From Lingula anatina (taxonomy: Eukaryota; Animalia; Brachiopoda), in the NCBI GenBank assembly GCA_051362555.1, contig CM120648.1, positions 4,708,587 to 4,772,586 on the forward strand: a stretch of 64,000 bases of DNA, given 5' to 3'. A model generated the notes under the pieces. That model saw only the letters and a program-made list of their open reading frames with translations. It made no database searches and had not been told where the DNA came from. Position 1 is the first letter of the stretch; every line of letters starts with the position of its first letter. Positions 1-11,272 of the stretch are shown one piece after another. A program made the translations under genes and the position numbers.

Positions 1-92
1 GCACTTACAGTACAGGTTTACAGGCCAATTTAAAAATATTATTCAGTTAAACCGAAACATATTTTTTTATAACGAAATATATTTCATTTCAG

Positions 93-2013
93 GAAAAGAA
101 GCTGAGTCGTACCCTTGTACCAATCCTCAATTTAATGTGGAAGACAGTACTTACTGTTATGAGAAAATAAAAGTTCAAAGAACACACAGTAACGCCACAA
201 AGGATTGTTCAGCGAATGGAGGGGGTCTTATAGAAATCACCTGCCAAGTTATAAACAAGGCTGTTTTAAGTGGAATAAAGGAACGAGAATATTACTGGAT
301 AGGAGGGACAAAAGATGCGAAAGGAAACTGGTATTGGCCGGCAGCAGGTAAAGGCATCACATTATATATCTACAGGGTATTTGCATCAGCATACATTGTC
401 TTTTTTATGCTGAGATTACTAGAAGGCTTGTTAAGGACCAAAAATTGACCAAACGCTGAATTTTGTAGTACACATGTCTTACTTGGCATGAATAAAGACA
501 TGCCCTATCGATGCATAAATAGCATAAATTATGCAAATTAGGTACCAAAATAGAATATTTCATATTTCCATCACTTTTTTTGCCTCAAAACATGTAGAGA
601 TTATCAAACATGGCTAAATTAGAGACAAGGAATCCATTTTTGACATTATGGAAACATTTGGCTGCCATTTAATGCCTCTAATCCAAGTTGGCCGCCATCC
701 GCCATTTTGAAAGTGAAAATTTTGAAGCTCTTTACCTGTATATACCTGTAATACATCTATTCTTACTGTTTTGGGGTTGCAAAAGTCAGTTTTGATATTG
801 TTTTGATGATAGAAGGTGTAAGTACTACAAAATGCAGCTTTTGACCCCTTATCAAGCCTACTATAGGGCCTACATGTAATCACATGGGAAACTTTTTTAT
901 GTACAGACACAGATGTGTCTGTACATATAGCCGTCACCTGCGTCTGTCGTCGCCGTCGCCGTGCACTCAGCGATAACACGATAAATGGAATACCGTTTTA
1001 CATTTTGTATTAAAATTTACAGAACTGATGAATATTCATAATACGCAGGTCAAGTTTGAAAATCAGCATGATCGGGCCATTTTAGGGAAGTTATGCTGTT
1101 TTTTTACTTTTTTAGCATTATTATAACACCGATAACACGATAAGTGAAAAACCTTTTTACTTTTTGGCTTGAAACTTATAAAACTTATGAATATTCATAA
1201 TATGCAGGTCAAGTTCGAAAATCAGAGCTGTCGGGTCAATTTTATGGAAGTTATGCTGTGTTTTTCACTTTTTTCAGCATATATGCAGCACTGATAACAC
1301 AATATAAGAAAAACAGATGGGCAAATCGATATTATACTCACAGGACTGGTCAATCTTACTAAAACGTAGGACGAGTTGGAAAATCAGCATAATCGGGCCA
1401 TTTTTTTAGAAGTTATGCTGTTTTTCACATTTCCTCAGATTCAATTCTTAGGCATGTTAACAGTCTCATTATTGAACTAATAAGATACGTAAAAGTGTTT
1501 GTTTGACATTTCCTGCATCTTTATAACATTGTTAGTTGATTATGTAAAAATGATGGTAAACTTGTTATTGTATATTATGTTATAAAGTGTCAAAAATGGA
1601 AATAAACTCATATCTTTGCAGTTTGTCAGATTCAATCATCTACTATGTTCAGAATCTCAGAATGGAGGAAATTGGACATTTAACACTGTTCTATTGATAT
1701 TTTCCCATCTCATCAATTTTCTTAGTTGATCATATAAAAATGTCAGTAAGCAGTTTATTTTGGTTTTTTTTTTCACTTTTTTTTAGCATTTTAATAACAC
1801 CTATAACATAATAAGTGAAAAACCTTTTTACTTTTTGGCTTCAAACTTATAGAACTGATGAATATTCATAATATGCAGGTCAAGTTTGAAAATCAGCATT
1901 ATCGGGTCAATTTTATGGAAGCTAAGAACTTCCACTTCTAAGAACTTTTCACTTTTTAGTGAGGAAGCAGTGATAATTATGCAGGTAAATTTTGTTTAAT
2001 ATTGCAAACAAGC

Positions 2014-2088
<75 letters not shown>

Positions 2089-5000
2089 AACTCAAAGATT
2101 AAAAGTTTGAATAGCAGCTTCATTGGAATTATATTTACCTCTGCCAAGGAGATTATGTTTTCACCCCTGTTTGTCTGTCATCAACAGAACTCAAAAAGTT
2201 ATGGACCGATTTTGATGAAATTTCCAGGAACTGTCATAAGTGGGTCAAGGAAGACAATGATTCGTTTTTGGTGGTGGGCTGGATCAATAATCAATCAAAA
2301 ATCAATAATAATCAAAAATTGCTGCCTTGTTACTTTTTGGCTTGAAACTTTTATAACTGATGAATATTCATAATATGCAGGTCAAGTTAAAAAATCAGCA
2401 TTATCGGGTCAATTTCATGGAAGTTATGCTGTTTTTTCACTTTTTTCAGCATATATGCAACACCGATAACACATCAAGTGAAAAACAGTTTAACCTTTTG
2501 GCTTGAAACTTACAGAACTGATGAATATTTATAATACGCAGGGCAAGTTCGAAAATCAGCATGATCAGGTCATTTTAAGGGAAGTTATGCTGTTTTTTCG
2601 ATTTTTTCAGCATATATGAAACCCTGATAACCTAATATAAGAAAAACAATTGTCATTATACTCACAAAACTGGTCAATCTTATTAAAAACGCAGGTTGAG
2701 ATAGAAAATCAGCATAATCTGGCCATTATTTTGAAGTTATGCGTTTTTTTCACATTTCCTCAGATTCAATTCTTAGGCATGTTAACAGTCTCATTATTTA
2801 ACTAATAAGATACATAATAGTGTTTGTTTGACATTTCCTGCATCTTTATAACATTGTTAGTTGATTATGTAAAAAAGTTGGTAAACTTGTTATCGTGTAT
2901 TGTGTAATAAAGTGTCAAAAATGGAAATAAACTCATATCATTGCAGATTGTCAGATTCAATCATCCACTATGTTCAGAATCTCAGAATGGAGGAAATTGG
3001 ACATTTAACACTGTTCTATTGATATTTTTCCCATCTCATCAATTTTATTGGTTGATCTAATAAAAATGGCAGTAAAACGTTTATTTTGTTTTATGTTAAA
3101 AATGTGTTAAAAATGGAAATAAACCCATTGCAGAACAGTGCTGTCTTGTTTACATTTTGGCATTTTCAAGGTGTGACTTTGAAGTTCCATGTGCCTGAAG
3201 CCTTATGCTTGTTATACATTTTACTTACATTGGTATTACCTGTTGAGCATAATTAAAATTTGATGTTGAATTTGCAGTTAAGCATAATGTACTTTTGCAC
3301 CAGATTTGACAGTAGCCTATTTTGTGCATTGTTATTTCCTGCTTTTTGTCTGTACATTTGACAGCATTGCTGCCTTGTTTTTTTGCATCCTTTCTCTGTA
3401 TCGGTTGATGTTGAATTAAAATTAAGCGTTGAGTTTTGTAGTACTGTTTTAACATGGGCATGTATTCGGTCCTGAATATCATTCTTATACATGTATGTCT
3501 ATATCTTTTTTTGTTATTTCCTGCATGTTTATTTTTTGTTATAGGCTACCAATGGAATTTCAGTGCCTTGACAGATGATGCAAAGAGTAACAGCAGTTGT
3601 TTATATATCTCCAAAAGCTTCACAGCGTCAAGCGGTTGGTTCACCGATTCGTGTGACAAGAAACACGGATACATTTGCCAATATAGTAAGTTAAATGCAG
3701 TGGCGGGTCCAGAGCTATTTTCAGACAGTCTTCCAGATAATCTTTGTTAATCCATCCTCCATTTTTGACCGGCTTCCCACATAAAAAATTTAGATATCCG
3801 ACAAAACATATAAATAAACTTAAAATTCTGACCGTCTTCCGGCATACCCCGAAGACGGCCTCAATCCGCCCCTGAAATGGAACATAATGTTGACTTAATT
3901 CTAGGGAAATGGCATTTTGTGTAGATTGATACAATCAAATGAGCAAAAGGTTGGACTGATAGAGACACCAAGCACAATAGTACAGGGGAGGGGGGATACG
4001 AGAAAATGCAGTTTGGATTATCATTTGTATTCATTAATAGCAAAAATGATTGACATTTTTTCATTTTAATTGGACGACCAATCTTCTCGCGTTTCCTTTC
4101 AGAAATGGACTCAACGACCAGTAGTGCGACAACTGAAGCGTCGACTACAAAACAAACTTCTCATCCCCCTTTTAACGCAACCAGTTCCCCCATTGGGAAG
4201 CAGTCATTAACTACTACCGCGTCCAAACCACCTGGTTCTTCAGTCTCGCCGAAGATAACATCAACTGGGGTTTCCAGTCAAAATACAAAAGAAATAACCC
4301 ACAAAACCACAAACAAACAACAGGGAGAAACTCACAGCACCGTGCACATGGAAACGACTACGAAACAACCGATCGACAAACAGACAACAACAGATAAAAA
4401 CGATACGCGTTTTCTTGCAGACAGGGACTCAACGACCAATAGTGAGACAACGGAATCGTCGACTACAAAACAAACTTCCCATCCCCTTTTAAACACAACC
4501 AGTCTCCCAATCGTGAACCAGTCTTTAACTACTGGCGCGTCCAAACCACTCAGTTCTTCAGTCTCGCCGCAGATAAAATCTACTGGGGTTTCCAGTCAAA
4601 ATACAAAAGAAATAACCCACAAAACCACAAACAAACAACAGGGAGAAACTCACAGCACCGTGCACATGGAAACGACTACGAAACAACCGATCGGCAAACA
4701 GACAACAACAGATAAAAACGATACGCGTTTTCTTGCAGACAGGGACTCAACGACCAGTAGTGCGACAACAGAATCCTCGACTACAAAACAAACTTCCCAT
4801 CCCCTTTTAAACACAAAAAGTCTCCCAATCGTGAACCAGTCATTAACTACTGGCGCGTCCAAACCACTCAGTCCTTCAGTCTCGCCGCAGATAAAATCTA
4901 CTGAGGTTTCCAGTCAAAATGCAAAAGAAATAACCCACAAAACCACAAACAAACAACAGGGAGAAACTCACAGCACCGTGCACATGGAAACGACTACGAA

Positions 5001-6648
5001 ACAACCGATCGGCAAACAGACAACAACAGATAAAAACGATACGCGTTTTCTTGCAGACAGGGACTCAACGACCAATAGTGAGATAACGGAATCGTCGGCT
5101 ACAAAACAAACTTCCCATCCCCTTTTAAACACAACCAGTCTCCCAATCGTGAACCAGTCATTAACTACTCGCGCGTCCAAACCACTCAGTCCTTCAGTCT
5201 CGCCGCAGATAAAATCTACTGAGGTTTCCAGTCAAAATACAAAAGAAATAACCCACAAAACCACAAACAAACAACAGGGAGAAACTCACAGCACCGTGCA
5301 CATGGAAACGACTACGAAACAACCGATCGGCAAACAGACAACAACAGATAAAAACGATACGCGTTTTCTTGCAGAGAGGGACTCAACGACCAGTAGTGCG
5401 ACAACAGAATCCTCGACTACAAAACAAACTTCCCATCCCCTTTTAAACACAAAAAGTCTCCCAATCGTGAACCAGTCATTAACTACTGGCGCGTCCAAAC
5501 CACTCAGTTCTTCAGTCTCGCCGCAGATAAAATCTACTGAGGTTTCCAGTCAAAATACAAAAGAAATAACCCACAAAACCACAAACAAACAACAGGGAGA
5601 AACTCACAGCACCGTGCACATGGAAACGACTACGAAACAACCCATCGACAAACAGACAACAACAGATAAAAACGATACACAACTATCGCTGACAAACATG
5701 ACAGACATTGATTCATTGAAAGCCGAACTTGAAAGACAATGTGAAGCTGAAAGAAAACGACAACAAGTAGGTGAGTAAAAGTCGTCAAAAAAATCCTTGG
5801 TAAATGTAGGTATATTCTTTTGGTGTTTAATTTAGTAATCATTCACATTTGAGATAAAAAGTAAACACTCCAGTACCTGTATATCTAATCAATGTTTGAA
5901 AATATTTGCGGAGGATTTATTTTCTTTTTAAAAATGCGACACTGCACAACATTGACTGCTCATCTATTTTAATTCAATTCTTATTTCAACTTTCATCGTT
6001 CATCTCAAAGTATGCCTTTTTCAATTTTCGAGAGGGTTGGACGGTCTAGATAACCAGTAAGCTTTTTTTGTTTAAAGATCGTTCTATTTTTATGTCCAAT
6101 AGAAGTGAACGGGTGGACCGGCGGGTTTAGCGTTACGCTTACCATAAGTATTACGGTTACCATATCTTTGGTTATTATGTGCCGGAGGTGAGTACTATGT
6201 TTTCTGTCCTCGACAGCTTTTGCTAGAACCTGCTCTTTGTTATCAAATTTGTCAATAAGCAGATGATAACTCGAGGTGTTTATTGCTTGGCTTAATATTT
6301 TAACCATACTTTTTCAACTCAAAACAATTCACATGGACCAGGAGTGAAGACGACATTCTGGCTTTTCAAACATTGCCGTTGCAATTTGTTGTTTCTTCAT
6401 ATTCTAAAGGAAAAAAAAGGTCGAAAATGAACATTGTTTTATGCTCCCATTGTTAACATGCAATATAACACTTTCATGCAAGACGGTTTAAAATAAGATT
6501 ATGCCAGGCATACTATACGTGTTTTTCCAGAAGAAAAAATAGGGATGAGCGCCCCAAGAAGACAGACATGAAAGGGATCAAAACTTTGAATTTGACTTCG
6601 ACACTGGTATTTCATGTTAACGGTGTTGCCTCTGCAGAGAATGCGTAG
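93..6648 (+). CDS. Type-I membrane C-type lectin-like domain protein with mucin-like repeat stalk (5'-partial; start and signal exon lie upstream of the window)
   Basis: Exons 93-347, 3545-3685, 4103-5770, 6103-6187, 6531-6648 all have AG/GT boundaries and join in frame (phases 1,1,1,2). CTLD: C..CY...C...GGGL...YWIGG...W.W / C(LYI)...WFTDSC...YICQY. Then a Thr/Ser-rich stalk, a short helical segment (DSLKAELERQCEAERKRQQ), a TM exon (VNGWTGGFSVTLTISITVTISLVIMC), basic stop-transfer RRRKNR and a ~40-aa tail ending VASAENA* (TAG 6646-6648). Confidence 0.85.
2019..2086. repeat. (AT)n microsatellite
   Basis: Uninterrupted AT dinucleotide run. Confidence 0.98.
2133..2290 (+). mobile_element. Short Helentron/DINE-like non-autonomous element fragment nested in the 160-bp array
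   Basis: Begins tttacctctgccaaggagattatgttttcacc...tgtttgtctgtc...gattttgatgaaatttcc; a related copy starts at ~49098. Confidence 0.55.
3698..3874. mobile_element. MITE with CAG(T/G)GGCGG termini (hAT-like) and 5-bp target-site duplication
   Basis: Left end cagtggcgggtccag, right end caatccgcccctg, aaatg on both flanks. The internal sequence matches copies at 55082-55250 and ~42038-42135. Confidence 0.8.
4103..5680 (+). repeat. Coding tandem repeat, 318 bp (106 aa) x ~5, mucin-like stalk
   Basis: Units start at 4103, 4421, 4739, 5057, 5375. The same 318-bp period appears in the antisense ORF track (4332, 4650, 4968, 5286). Unit 1 is the most diverged. Confidence 0.97.
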
Positions 6649-9269
6649 CGAATGAATACGAAAATACACGAACTTTGCAGATGAAATAGTAGTATATACT
6701 ACTATTTATTTCTACTGTAGTAGATATAACCGAAGTTATGGAGGACTGTTTGACGTTTTAAAATGCATGCATGTTTCGAGTTGGCAACAGGCATAGATTA
6801 TTATATATACTTCAGATAGTTGAATATGAGATTTCAAATTTTTATATTGTGAAACTTAAAAGTTATTTTTCTACTTACAAGTATACTTATCACTTCTTGT
6901 TAAGCTTTTCTAAAGGGAACTTATACCTGTTGGTCATTTTAACAGATAAATACCACAAATTAATGTCGTCTATCTAATTGATCACCACCTGTCGTTTCTG
7001 GTCACCTTCTGCATCGTCTGCTAGGACCATAGATAGGTTTTCACTAGAGGTCCCCAGATATGGCTCTGACTATTGCTGTGCACTTGTTTCTACTGTCAGC
7101 AAATTTTTTAGCATAACTCACTTGCCCCTAGTATAGAGTACTGTTTACCATCTGAATGCAGTCTTGAATTGTGTACAACACAGACGTCAGTGCGCAAAAT
7201 GATGGCCGACTTTGAAAAACACTAAAGTGTGGTTTGAGTGCTTTTTAATTTCCTCCAGATTGTGACAGAGTTATGTTGGTTGTCAGGAAACAAAGGCCAG
7301 AGTTATGTTGATTTGTTGCCTTGTTAAATTCGTTTTGTACAGAAACATGTATAAGTTTTTCTAGAGAAATCTTTCGATTTGCACCTTAAACCCTAAATCA
7401 TAATTATCAAAGAAATGAAGAAATCAAAGGAATAATACTGTCGTACTCTTCAATCAATTTAGAAAACTTCATTTTTTGACAAAAAAAAAAAAAAAAAAAA
7501 AAATCAACTTCAAGTGTTATTTTTGCAGTAGATTAAAGACGCATTTATAATATCATTATATTGGACTTCAGTTGCTCAAGAAAGTTTTACCGCCAACTGA
7601 TTTATTTACTTGTTATTAAATGATGCATTTCACTCATGAGTACATTTGTACGTGTTACTTCAACTTTGTCAAAATAAATGCAAGATTCTTTTAAGTAAAA
7701 AAAGCATCTGCCTCTTCTAAATCCATTGCAAACATACCCAGTAGCTTGATTGGAAAGAGTTGATTTGTTTTTTTTTTAACAAACAAACAAATAAATAGAT
7801 AAATAAATAAAAAAATTATACAGTGGTGAGGTTTGGGAGGAGGGATTGTTACTGTACTCCCTTTTCTATGATACTTTCTGTTCTGAGAAGATAGCCCCGT
7901 GTTATCTGTGTCAAGATAGCAGAGTTATGAAATAACTGAAGTGTTTGCAACCGGGCCAAGCAACGCTACACATTAACGACTTATTCGCAAACAACGCAGA
8001 AAACGGCGGTTAACTTAAAATATATAAGAAGTTGCTCAATTATTATGTTTTATTCAGCACTTAAATGTTCACAAAGCACATTTTAGGGGTTAACGACACT
8101 GCAAGTTTTACATATATGTTTTATATAATACAATGAACTAATTTACGCGCGAGAACTTAAAGATAATACAGAAAAATACGACTACTACTAGTGATAGATA
8201 TTTTGTTATCGGGTCAAAGCTTTAAGATCATGGGATTTGGTGATAGACCGCAGAGATGCAAGCCCCTTTGGACAGATTAACCAATGTAGGCTTTCCAAGA
8301 AAGAAGCAGGTATTGGACCCACGATCTTACCAAGCAATGCAGATTAGAATGTAGTTGTTTGAATTTTTCCTTTGATTGCTTCTCAAAAATATTAATTGTC
8401 ACCAGACAGACGCGCTACCGATAAATGCGTGTCACAGTCTTGTTTTCATCCCATTTGAGCATAGATCTGATATTTCCTTTCATATAAGAAGAAAGCGAGG
8501 CAAACCATAGCCGTTTTCCTGAAGCTAGGGAAGCTCCCTGAAGAGTAAACCCGCAAATAAATAAATAAATAAATAAATAAATAGATGAAAGATAAAAATT
8601 GCAAATATTGGAAACCTAAGTCAAAGGTCGCAGCCCCCTGTCAAAGCCCTGATGTTTAGAGCTAGCTAGGTCACTGGAAACTCCCATCTTTCATCAGCTT
8701 GCATCTGTCATTTAACACAGTTTAGTTTCCAGTGGCCCCAGAAACATGGGGGAGTTAACACCCACCCTATCCCCACCCTAGGAGAGAAGATATATTTTGG
8801 GTCCTACCTCCACCCCTGTAAAGTTTATTCCATTATGAAGTCTGTTGATTTTGGCCGCGAGCACCACGATAAGGTTTCAGTTGACCTGTTCTATGTACAC
8901 AAAGTCGTGTGTCCTACTTAGCTGTTATCAAAGCGAAAGTTTATCGCTCATATTATACAATATTACAAGCAAGCATCTCGATAATATGCTAAATTTTATT
9001 TTCCCTGAGAAAAGAAGATTTATCCCCAAGCGTCTTTAGTAAAGGCAAATAATCGGTTGCTTCCGACTTTTAAACATTACGTAATTTCATTATATAGGGT
9101 GTATAATCCCTTTGAGATCAAAATAATTTATTTCAAAATTTGATTAAAAATATTTCAGAGAAGAATAAAGTTATGCAGTCTCTTAAGGTTGAAGATGGCA
9201 CGGGCCAGTGTGCACGCTACAACTTTGGGCAGAATGGGACCTATCGAGTGGTGTGATGAGTGCCGCTGA

Positions 9270-9420
9270 GTGTGTTAGTTGTGACCAGATGTGATGTATT
9301 ATGTGCCGTGTAAGTGTGTTAGTTGTGACCGGATGTGATGTATTATGTGCTGCCGGGGTGTGTTAGTTGTGACCGGATGTGATGTATTATGTGCTGCCGG
9401 GGTGTGTTAGTTGTGACCGG
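9270..9420 (+). repeat. Minisatellite, ~44-bp unit x ~3.5
   Basis: Unit gtgtgttagttgtgaccggatgtgatgtattatgtgctgccggg; a diverged single copy lies at ~14600-14652. Confidence 0.9.
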
Positions 9421-10494
9421 ACCTGCAAGGCAACAAAAATACTAAGCTGTGCAATGGATATGTGTTCGGCAAAGAAGTTGTGAAGAGGCAACTTCTTGGT
9501 TTGCTTAAAGGTTTTCTTCCAGGCGGTAAACAGTCCATGACACAGAGCTTAAGACTCGGTTACAACCGGCCGTACGGGTTCTTACGGACAGTTTGAGAGC
9601 CAAGGACACCAAAAGGGGTAATAAGATGCGACCCCTTTCCCACTATGCATATTCTAAGGAAAACTTTGCACATGAAACGTTCATTTATTTGCCCAATGAT
9701 TGTCAATAAAAAGGGGTAATTAAAAGGATATAAACCTCACTGATTACAGGGAACTTGGCTCTTTTGGTCTCAGCTCTCCCAGTCCTTTTGAGCGATCCGG
9801 ATTTAAATTAGCATTTTGTGTTAGAAAAAAGAGAAGAGGCCAAATGGTAAATTATGAAAGCAAAATATTTTTGATTTAGCCACAATGTAACTCACCACAA
9901 ACGGTATGCATCCTGTATCCGTTCGGCATGGCTCTCAGATCAACCTACACTGAAATAGCTCCCCACATGGGGATAAGAAGCTGTGCGCACTGCAGAGGAT
10001 TTAAAATAGCAACGACGGTTGATATTCAAATACATTCTGACAATGGGACAGCAGTATTCCAATGACATTACAAGGGATCATGTTTGAAAACGGTAGGTTA
10101 CTAGTACCCTCTTTACCGTGGCCTCAGAAAGAACCCACCAACAGTCCCAGTCATGAGGGAGCCCTGCAAACATTACTAGTGCACAGAGCAGTCACATTTG
10201 AAACTTGTGGTCGAACGTTTTTGGACATTTTCATTACAACTCGCTGTTTTTTCTCACTTGGATGAACCTCCGCGTATATACTGGTAAATGCATGCATGGC
10301 GCTATATGTATCGCGGTATCTATTAAATTTTTTCAGGCTGCAGAATTGATGTAAATACCACAGTAACAGGATATAATATTCACGTTATAGTTATACCAGG
10401 CGATATGGAGGAGAAATAGGTCTAATACCACTAGCTGATCCAGTGATTTACTTTGGGTGAAGGGGCAGGATGAGGGTAAAGCAAAATGTATGTC

Positions 10495-10532
10495 TGTGTG
10501 TGTGTGTGTGCGTGTGTGTGTGTGTGTTTGTG
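10495..10532. repeat. (TG)n microsatellite
   Basis: Imperfect TG run. Confidence 0.9.
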
Positions 10533-11272
10533 TCGCTAATTCATTCGGCGAATATAAAACATCAGACAAGGACAATATGCCACCTGATAAATTATAGTCT
10601 GTCCATCTGAGGAATGAAATAACAAGAGGTACGTGCCCCCCTCCTCTCCTTCGCCGTCGGACCCTCCTTTGTCAGTTATTACAATGCAAAGCCAAGTTGA
10701 ATATTTACCTCGGCCCTATTAGGCCCACCGTTAAGTACTATATAGCTAGTAGGTCACCGCAGTATGTGTAGTGATGCAACAAAAACACCTGCATATCCAA
10801 ATGACAAGTTCATCATGGTGTTAATCCTGGTTCAGGTGAAACTACAGATTGGCAACTTGATAGTCTGGCTATTTGGTGGGAGAGTCTCTTTCAAGTAACT
10901 CTACAGCAGGGGACCAGCTTGTGAAAGGGAGTAAAAGCCCTGTTGCGCATTGTTCATGTTAAGCTGGACGGCCCAGTTAAGTATCACGATAGTAGACTGG
11001 TGAGTCTCTCGTTTCCTGCTACTTCTATATTACATTCATGATATAAACTGTGCTTAATATACTGCTAGTGTACTGGTACAGTATACGTATGTATGGCTTG
11101 GACAGCGTACTTTATATTAATGCGGTTCAAAGATTTGAGAAAAAAGTATACAAATTGGGTATGAAAATATAGGTGCCTTGTATCATTTTACTTTTCTTTT
11201 TTTTTTTATTCGAAGAATAATTGGTGTGGGTCTTGTGCCGTCTTTGATTGACATCAAGTTTCAACAGTGGCA

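Larger units (their letters stand above)
895..3130 (+). mobile_element. Non-autonomous repeat element with ~160-bp internal subrepeats and a larger internal duplication (Helitron/Helentron-associated, pearl/CvA-like)
   Basis: Head with short GTC/GCC repeats (gtcacctgcgtctgtcgtcgccgtcgccgt, ~933-962). The motif gaatattcataatatgcaggtcaagtttgaaaatcagc recurs near 1030, 1189, 1860, 2363, 2523. Segment ~1290-1760 is repeated at ~2620-3085. Family assignment rests on architecture only. Confidence 0.6.

Noticed and set aside
4103-5680. Regular repeat array as CRISPR-like
   Set aside because: No unique spacers; the units are contiguous, coding and in a eukaryotic gene.
4332-5842. Repeated 70-aa hydrophobic ORFs on the minus strand
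   Set aside because: They are antisense shadows of the 318-bp coding repeat (Thr-rich ACN codons read as Val-rich on the other strand).
6531-6571. Direct splice 5770>6531 giving a short secreted ending (EEKIGMSAPRRQT*)
   Set aside because: Possible as an exon-skipped isoform, but including the TM exon 6103-6187 gives a coherent TM plus basic stop-transfer plus tail; there is no evidence here for skipping.
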